From NCBI GenBank assembly GCA_963745235.1, contig CAVUXE010000062.1:1-64000 (forward strand): DNA of 64,000 bases, in the 5' to 3' direction. The stretch is from an uncultured Spirochaetota bacterium (GTDB lineage Bacteria > Spirochaetota > Spirochaetia > SZUA-6 > Fen-1364). Under the pieces are notes generated by a model. The model searched no databases. It was not told the DNA's origin and was given only the letters and a program-made list of their open reading frames with translations. Positions within the stretch are counted from its first letter, which is position 1, and each line of letters begins with the position of its first letter. Position numbers and translations under genes: made by a program. This document shows, in pieces, positions 55,813 through 64,000 of the stretch.

Positions 55813-58800
55813 CTACCGCACCACGAGCACCTTGCGGATCTCGTCGAACCCCGGGCCCACCACCCTGATGAAGTAGATCCCTCGCGCCACCGCGCGGCCG
55901 CCGCGGTTCTTCCCGTCCCACGCCGTGGTGTACTCCCCGGCGCCCTGGGAGCCGCGCTGCAGCACGTTCACGATGCTCCCGCTGAGGTCGAATACGGTGA
56001 TGGTCACCTGGCCCGCGGTGCTCAACGTGTAGTGCAGGTACGCGGTCTGCCCGTTGTCGGGACGAATCACGTTGTTCGTGATCGTGACCCCGCCGCGCTG
56101 CTGGATCAATGCATGGATCGTGTACTCGAAGGGCCGGACACTGGCCGGGTTGGAGGGATCAGCGGGGAGCGCGCAGGGCAGGATGTGACCCGCGCCATCG
56201 TTCAGAAGGAACAGGAACTGGAAGAGAGCCCCATCCTTGATCGCCGGATCGGTTACGGGGATGATGAAGTCCCGAAGCGCCCCGTTGATGCCAGTCGTCG
56301 CTATCGGGCCGCGCGCCTGGGTGTCCCCGGGAGTGTGAGCGCGATCTCCGTTCGAGTTCCCCGGCCATAGCGAGGTCGCCCCGGGCGGGATCCACAGATT
56401 GTTGAAATCATAGGCGGTCGGCGGGTTGACGTCCCAGTACAGTGTCACGGTGGCTCCAGACAAGCCCGGAGGCATCACGCGGGCCTCAAGGAACGTGTTC
56501 TGCGGCGGCAGCCACTTCGTGCCGTCGAACGTCGTGACCATGCCGAGCCCCCCGCGTGTCGGGTCCCGCGTGATCTCCTGGTCCTGGGCAAGCACCGGGG
56601 TGACAAAACCCAGCCCCAAATCGGAAATGTTGTGGGCGGCCCCCGCGAGCATCGCCCTGCCGCTGTAGGGCGGCCCCCCTGGAGCGCTCGGGGGAAGGTT
56701 CCCGTCCGGGTTGGTGTTCGTGTATGCTCCGGGGTCGCCGGGTGAATGTGTCTGGAATGTCGCCGGCTGGTTCGTCGGATAGTCGAAGAAGCTTGGATAC
56801 ACCTGGCTCCAGATCCCTGTCGCCCCGGCGACGATTGTTTGAGCACCCGCAAGAATGTCGTTCACTGCCAGGGGTGTGCTGAACGTAATGATGGCAGCAT
56901 GAGCTCCAGTCCCGCTCATCTCCACCGGCTGAACCGTGACGGGGCTTCCCGAGTAGGGGAGCGGGAGCGAAAGGCTCGTGCTGCTGATAACCGCTGTCGC
57001 TGTCTGGTTGCCGTACACAGGCTCGGAGAAATGGACGTACGCCTGCGTCGCGTTCAGGGCCGCCAGCGTATAGGTGATCACCGGCCGCGCGCCGCTGGCC
57101 GCCACATACAGCTTCGCGGTGGTGCCCACGTTTCGCGCCACCAGTGCGCCGCCCACCGAGCTGGCGAGAGTCGTGTTGGCCGTCACCTGCCACGTCGGGG
57201 TGGCGCTGGTATCCTCCTGCGGCCCCTCCTGCAGCAGGATATCGAACACATCCGTGTTCACCCCAACAGCCGCAAACCCCGTCACCGCGTAGCCCTGCAC
57301 CTGCACCTGCAGTCCCGTGAATGTGTCGTTCAGCGAGATCCCGGACTGGACCTGTACCCGTATCCGGTCGATCCTCCCGCTGGCGTTCGCGTCCAGTGTC
57401 CAGCTGGCCACGATCGGGATCGAGAAGACCCAGTTGTGGTTGTTGCTCCCGTCCTCCACGTTGGGCCCGGGTATGATGGAGGCGGTGGCCCAGCTCCATG
57501 CCACGATGGCGTAGTTGACGTTCGGCGCCGTGGCCGAGACGTTCGCGATCACCCACTGCCCCACGAGACCCGGAGGAGGAGAGCCGTTGACCGTTGCATT
57601 CTGGCTGTCAGTGGTCAGCGTGATCAGTTGGCTGGTACCGCCGGCGCCACCCAGCACCGTGAAGCTCCCTCCCGCCACGACAGTCTGCGTCATCATGTGC
57701 TGAAACTCGATCGTCTTGCCGTACGCGCTGGCCGCCGTCACGCTGAAGTTGTACCAGCTGTTGCTCCCGTTGATCGACAGCGTCGTCGCGGCGTTTGCCA
57801 GCGTAAAGGACACCGTCCCCGTTCCCGGGTTGAACGTCCCCGCGTTGTTCCACTGGGCCCCGTTCATGGTGATGGTGAAAGTCCCGGCGTTCAAAATCCC
57901 GCCCGCAGTCACGTTCAGCGCCGCATTGATCCCGATGTTCGCCTGCAGGGTGGTGTTCCCGGTTGCCCCCACCGTGAGGTTGGCGAACGTCGTGACCGTC
58001 TGGATGGACCCCGTGCCCGCGAAGGTCACGGTGCTGGACTGGGAGTTGAAAGTCGTAACGCCCCAGTTGGCGCCGACCTGGATCGCTTCGCTCCCGGTTG
58101 CCGTCAACGTCCCCGCTCCCGTCAAGGATGCCCCCACCGTCAAAGCGAATCCATTCAGTGTCAGCGTCCCGCCGCTCACCGCCAGGTTGCTGGTTGCCTG
58201 TACCGCACTGGCGAGGCTTCCCCCGCTCGAACAGTCCAGGTTGTTAAACGGATCCGTTCCGATCCCCTTTGTTGTGATCGGACTTGCTGAGGTCAGGGTT
58301 ATTGTTGAGCTGCCCGCGCTGAAGGTGAAATTGGGGCTGGAGGAGTTCCACGCTCCCGCAATGGTGTGGATGAACGCCCCGGTCCCGGCCAGCCATTTTC
58401 CCTGCGTCATCGTCAACAGGTTGCTCACCGTCAGGCCGGCTGTGGATGTCACCGCCGTTCCCGCCGTCCCCTTGTTGATCACCAGGTCATAGAAGCTCAG
58501 TCCTCCAACGTTGGCTGCCGTCCCCCCTGTCAGCGCCACGGTGCTGCTGGCGGCGGTGAAAGCGCTTGGGGTGAAGTCTGCCCCCGTCGTGATCGTCTCA
58601 CTCCCTGTCGCCGTCAGCGACCCCGCTCCGCTGATCGAGCCGCCCACCGTCAGCGCCTCTCCATTCGTTTTCCACGTCCCCCCTGGCAACGTCATCGATA
58701 GCGTGATGTTCGCCACGCCTGTGGCACTCGCTGCCTGCTGATACGTCTTGCCCGGTGCGTTCAGGGTCACCGAGCTGAAGCTCTGCGTGTTGCTCGTCAC

Positions 58801-61800
58801 CGTGAAGGGTCCCGCTCCGATCCCCCCCGTGAAGCTCACCGTGCTGGTGGACGGGTTGAAGATGGCGATGTTCCAGTTGCCCCCGACCCCGATCGCCTCG
58901 CCGGCAGTCGCGGTCAGTGTCCCTGCTCCGGTGAGGTCGCTCCCCACCGCCAGTGCGTTCCCGCCCAGCCTCAGCGTCGCTCCGCCGTTCACCGCAAGCG
59001 CAGCCCCCACGGTCAGTGGGCTCCCCGTCACGCTCACTGTCCCCTGGATGGTCAGATTGTTCGGCCCAGCCACGGCACACTGGATCGTCGTCCCCGCTCC
59101 GCTCATCGTCAGCGTCGATGTGCCCGCGTTGAACGTCCCGGCTGTCACTCCAACATTCCCGCTGGTGCTCGCGGCGTCATTGCCCAGGTTCAGGGTCCCG
59201 CTGCTCATCGTGATCCCGCCGCCCCCCACCGCCAGCACACCGGTGCCGCTGGAGCTCACCGTGCCTCCACCGACCGTCAGGGCTGCCGCGGAAATGGTGC
59301 CGCTGGTCTGCGTGATGTTCCCCGCGTTCACGGTGATGCTGTTCGCCCCCGCGCTCAGCGTGCCCGGTGTCCACCGTAATGGTCGCGTTGGCGCTTCCCA
59401 TGGTCAGACTCTGCCCCAGTGTCAGCGTCTGCCCCGTGATCACAAGCGTCCCCGTGGTCATTGTCAGCGCACCGTTCAGCGTCAGCGCGCCGCCTGCCAG
59501 CGTCACCAGGTTCCCGCCTGCCCCTTTGCTCATGGTCAGCCCGTTGATCGTCAGCCCTCCCCCGGGCACCGTGAAGCTGGTGCTCCCTCCTGTCAGCACG
59601 ATCACGCTCGTCGAAGGTACGAAGCTTCCCGCGATGTCCACGTTCCCGCTCGCCGTGATGTCGATTCCCGCGGAGGCCGTCAGGGTGGTTCCACTCACGA
59701 TGCTCAACGAGGAGAAGGACGCGTTGTCAACCAGGGTCAGGTTGGTCCCCGCGCCCGCCGTGGCCGCGGCTCCCAACGTGTTCGTCGAGGAAGTCAGTGC
59801 CTGAGCTCCTCCCTTGTTGAAGGTGAAGGTTCCGGCCCCCGCCGTGTAGAGGCTGCCCGCTGCGAAGGTAACCGTCGCCCCCGCCACCGTCACGTTGCCC
59901 CCGCCACCGGCGTTCAACGCCCCGCCTCCGCCGTTCACCGTCAGGTTTCCGGTCAAGGTCAGGTTGTTCGTTCCCGTGGCCGTCGAGGCGCCGTTGTTGA
60001 TCGTCAGGTTGACGATGGTGGTGTTGCTGGCGAGTGTCGCGGGCTGGGAACCCGCGTTGGCGATCGTCGCACTGTCAGACCTGTTGGGCACGTAGCCGCC
60101 GTCCCAGTTGTTGCCGTTGTTCCAGCTGGTGCTGACGGCGCCCGTCCACGTCAGCGTGCTGGCGCTGAACTCCCACCCCGGTGCCGGAGGGGCAATCGTG
60201 TTGTTGCCGTTGTCCCCGCTCGTGTTCGCCGTGATGATGTTCACGCCCTGCACCTGGCTGTCCTGCACAAGCGCATACGCCACGTTCGAGGTGGCGCTCG
60301 GATTGATGATCCACTGCGCAGGGGACGCCGTGCTCAAAAGGCTGACCAGTGATCCGGCGAGCCCGGCTATCGTGAATGTGCCCCCGACCCCGATGGTCTG
60401 CGTGCTGCCGCTGGTGAACTTGATCGTCTTGCCCGCTTGCAGGCAGCTGAAGTTGTAGAAGGTCGTGTTCCCTGCGATGACCGCGGTGCCCGGACCCGCG
60501 AAGCTCACCGTACCGGTTCCCGGGACGAACGCGCCGCTGTTCGACCAGCTTGTGCTGACCGTGATGGTCTGGCTGGCGGAGTCGAGGGTCGCGCCGCCCA
60601 GTATGGAGATGTTGGCAATCGTGATCGCTCCGCCAGCCGTAGCAGTGCCGGAGACAACCGTCAGCGTTCCGTTCAAAGTGAGCCCGGATGGGATCGTGAA
60701 GGAGCCTCCCGCAACGCTGATGTTCAGGACGTCCAGAGTGGTCCCGCCACTGGCCGTGATAGCTCCGCTCAACGTCGATCCAACCACACCGAGATTCAGG
60801 GTGCCTGCTGTCGCCGTCACGTTGCCCAGGACCGCGGTGGTCCCATTCTGGATGGTCACCGCCGTGGCGCTGGCGTTGGTGGTGCTCAGCGTCCCGGTGC
60901 CAAGGTTGATCGGGTTGCCCCCTCCGTCGACGAGGATCGTTCCCGAGCCCGCGTTCACCGTGGACCCCGCCGCCTGCGTCACCCCTCCGGCACCCGTGAG
61001 GGCCACGTTGTTGGCCCCCGTGGTGGTGATGCTGTTTGCCCCCAGGGCCAGCACCCCCGCGGTGGTCGTGATGGTCACGGGGCTGGCGTTGGTGCCCACC
61101 GAGCCGCTGAGGGTCAGCCCCGTGCTGTCAGTCAGGCTGAAGGCCCCGCCGCGGGTCACGCTGCCCAGGGTGGTGATGGAGTTGGTTCCCGTCCCGCTGG
61201 GCACAAGGGCGATGGAGCTGCTCGTATTGGCCGTCAGCGTCCCGGCGGTGATCCCCGTGTTCAGGGTCTGCGTCAGGGCACCCGTGATGTCCCCCGCGCC
61301 CAGCACCACCGTGCCTGTGGCGCTGATGTTGCCCAGGGCCACCGTGGTGGCGTTCTGGATGGTCACCGCCGTGGCGCTGGCGTTGGTGGTGCTCAGCGTG
61401 CTGGCGTTCAGCTGGATGGCCGCCGCACCGCCGTTGATCGTTATGGTTCCCGCCCCCGCGTTCACCACCGCCGCGGAGGACTGCGTATAGCCGACCCCCG
61501 TCAGCTGGATGGTGCCTGCTGCCCCGCTACCGGAAATGCTGCCGTCCACCGTCAGCGACCCGCTGGTGTTGATGATGCTCACCCCGTTGGTGATCGTGCC
61601 CGCTGTAATGGGCCCCGTCTCCGTCAGCCCCCCGGCGGTGCTCACCGTGAGGCTGAAGGCGCCGCCGCGGGTGACTGCATCCAGAATGGGGATGGAGTTG
61701 GTTCCTGTCCCGCTGGGCACAAGCGTTATGGCGCCCCCCGTGTTCGCCGTCAGCGCCCCGGCGGTGATCCCCGTGTTCAGGTTCTGCGTCAGGGCACCCG

Positions 61801-64000
61801 TGATGTCCCCCGCGCCCAGCACCACCGTGCCTGTGGCGCTGATGTTGCCCAGGGCCACCGTGGTGGCGTTCTGGATGGTCACCGCCGTGGCGCTGGCGTT
61901 GGTGGTGCTCAGCGTCCCGGTGCCAAGGTTGATCGGGTTGCCCCCTCCGTTGACGAGGATCGTTCCCGAGCCCGCGTTCACCGTGGACCCCGCCGCCTGC
62001 GTCACCCCTCCGGCACCCGTGAGGGCCACGTTGTTGGCCCCCGTGGTGGTGATGCTGTTTGCCCCCAGGGCCAGCACCCCCGCGGTGGTCGTGATGGTCA
62101 CAGGGCTGGCGTTGGTGCCCACCGAGCCGCTGAGGGTCAGCCCCGTGCTGTCAGTCAGGCTGAAGGCCCCGCCGCGGGTCACGCTGCCCAGGGTGGTGAT
62201 GGAGTTGGTTCCCGTCCCGCTGGGCACAAGGGCGATGGAGCTGCTCGTATTGGCCGTCAGCGTCCCGGCGGTGATCCCCGTGTTCAGGGTCTGCGTCAGG
62301 GCACCCGTGATGTCCCCCGCGCCCAGCACCACCGTGCCTGTGGCGCTGATGTTGCCCAGGGCCACCGTGGTGGCGTTCTGGATGGTCACCGCCGTGGCGC
62401 TGGCGTTGGTGGTGCTCAGCGTGCTGGCGTTCAGCTGGATGGCCGCCGCACCGCCGTTGATCGTTATGGTTCCTGCCCCCGCGTTCACCACCGCCGCGGA
62501 GGACTGCGTATAGCCGACCCCCGTCAGCTGGATGGTGCCTGCTGCCCCGCTCCCCGAGATGCTGCCAGTCACCGTCAGCGATCCGCTGGTGTTGATGATG
62601 CTCACCCCGTTGGTGATCGTGCCGGCTGTAATGGGCCCCGTCTCCGTCAGCCCCCCGGCGGTGCTCACCGTGAGGCTGAAGGCGCCGCCGCGGGTGACTG
62701 CATCCAGAATGGGGATGGAGTTGGTTCCTGTCCCGCTGGGCACAAGCGTTATGGCGCCCGCCGTGTTCGCCGTCAGCGTCCCGGCGGTGATCCCCGTGTT
62801 CAGGTTCTGCGTCAGGGCACCCGTGATGTCCCCCGCGCCCAGCACCACCGTGCCTGTGGCGCTGATGTTGCCCAGGGCCACCGTGGTGGCGTTCTGGATG
62901 GTCACCGCCGTGGCGCTGGCGTTGGTGGTGCTCAGCGTCCCGGTGCCAAGGTTGATCGGGTTGCCCCCTCCGTTGACGAGGATCGTTCCCGAGCCCGCGT
63001 TCACCGTGGACCCCGCCGCCTGCGTCACCCCTCCGGCACCCGTGAGGGCCACGTTGTTGGCCCCCGTGGTGGTGATGCTGTTTGCCCCCAGGGCCAGCAC
63101 CCCCGCGGTGGTCGTGATGGTCACAGGGCTGGCGTTGGTGCCCACCGAGCCGCTGAGGGTCACCCCCGTGCTGTCAGTCAGGCTGAAGGCCCCGCCGCGG
63201 GTCACGCTGCCCAGGGTGGTGATGGAGTTGGTTCCCGTCCCGCTGGGCACAAGGGCGATGGAGCTGCTCGTATTGGCCGTCAGCGTCCCGGCGGTGATCC
63301 CCGTGTTCAGGGTCTGCGTCAGGGCACCCGTGATGTCCCCCGCGCCCAGCACCACCGTGCCTGTGGCGCTGATGTTGCCCAGGGCCACCGTGGTGGCGTT
63401 CTGGATGGTCACCGCCGTGGCGCTGGCGTTGGTGGTGCTCAGCGTGCTGGCGTTCAGCTGGATGGCCGCCGCACCGCCGTTGATCGTTATGGTTCCTGCC
63501 CCCGCGTTCACCACCGCCGCGGAGGACTGCGTATAGCCGACCCCCGTCAGCTGGATGGTGCCTGCCGCCCCGCTCCCCGAGATGCTGCCAGTCACCGTCA
63601 GCGATCCGCTGGTGTTGATGATGCTCACCCCGTTGGTGATCGTGCCGGCTGTAATGGGCCCCGTCTCCGTCAGCCCCCCGGCGGTGCTCACCGTGAGGCT
63701 GAAGGCGCCGCCGCGGGTGACTGCATCCAGAATGGGGATGGAGTTGGTTCCTGTCCCGCTGGGCACAAGCGTTATGGCGCCCGCCGTGTTCGCCGTCAGC
63801 GTCCCGGCGGTGATCCCCGTGTTCAGGTTCTGCGTCAGGGCACCCGTGATGTCCCCCGCGCCCAGCACCACCGTGCCTGTGGCGCTGATGTTGCCCAGGG
63901 CCACCGTGGTGGCGTTCTGGATGGTCACCGCCGTGGCGCTGGCGTTGGTGGTGCTCAGCGTCCCGGTGCCAAGGTTGATCGGGTTGCCCCCTCCGTTGAC
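55813..64000 (-). CDS. giant surface/adhesin-like protein, beta-helical repeats plus C-terminal FlgD-Ig domain; 5' end outside the window, frameshift near 59365
   Basis: ORFs 59177..63928 and 55813..59331 join by removing one G. G/T/A/N-rich beta-helix repeats; C-terminal QRGGVTITNNVI...WDGKN..G..VA.GIYF...RKVLVVR. Confidence 0.88.
60846..64000. repeat. intragenic higher-order tandem repeat, 1023-bp unit made of 507 + 516 bp subunits, at least 3 copies
   Basis: TTCTGGATGGTCACC recurs at 60846, 61353, 61869, 62376, 62892, 63399 and 63915. Units are nearly identical at DNA level. Confidence 0.96.

Noticed and set aside
60465-63536. Three repeated 334-341-aa plus-strand ORFs
   Set aside because: They are antisense shadows of the repeat-containing minus-strand gene, with Val/Pro-rich composition and no motifs.
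60846-64000. CRISPR array or non-coding satellite
   Set aside because: Units are 507/516 nt, multiples of three, in frame within one ORF and without unique spacers.

Overview
GC-rich bacterial window, probably from a free-living Spirochaetia-like organism; this is an inference from the C-terminal domain of the giant surface protein. About ten otherwise intact genes carry single-base indels, mostly in short C/G runs, which looks like long-read consensus error. 1-23 kb is an accessory patchwork: an IS91-like transposase tail, an MFS fragment, an SDR, ankyrin, YciI/DGPF and mosaic secreted proteins, TetR-CocE, ABC-F, two Phd-VapC toxin-antitoxin pairs, a C69 peptidase, a class III cyclase, AraC-RutE-like, ApbE, ArsR-SRPBCC and MarR-MFS. 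23-29 kb holds a GH29 fucosidase with a sugar ABC transporter and a ROK regulator. 29-34 kb holds an HpnR-like B12 radical SAM gene and a second radical SAM-nitroreductase-GT2 operon; both radical SAM genes are preceded by the same ~78-nt element. 37-51 kb is the best candidate for an undescribed system: a co-oriented, probably GntR-regulated nucleobase catabolism cluster. It encodes FdrA/YahF, DUF1116, a KynB-like cyclase-family hydrolase, a GNAT-like protein, a thiolase-fold protein lacking its catalytic Cys with a DUF35 partner, an NCS2 permease, DUF2877, a three-subunit Mo-hydroxylase and MocA. An ISKra4-family element with a 9-bp target duplication follows. The window ends in the 3' part (>2700 codons) of a giant surface protein gene with near-identical 1023-bp higher-order tandem repeats and a FlgD-Ig C-terminus. 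No rRNA, tRNA or CRISPR array was seen.
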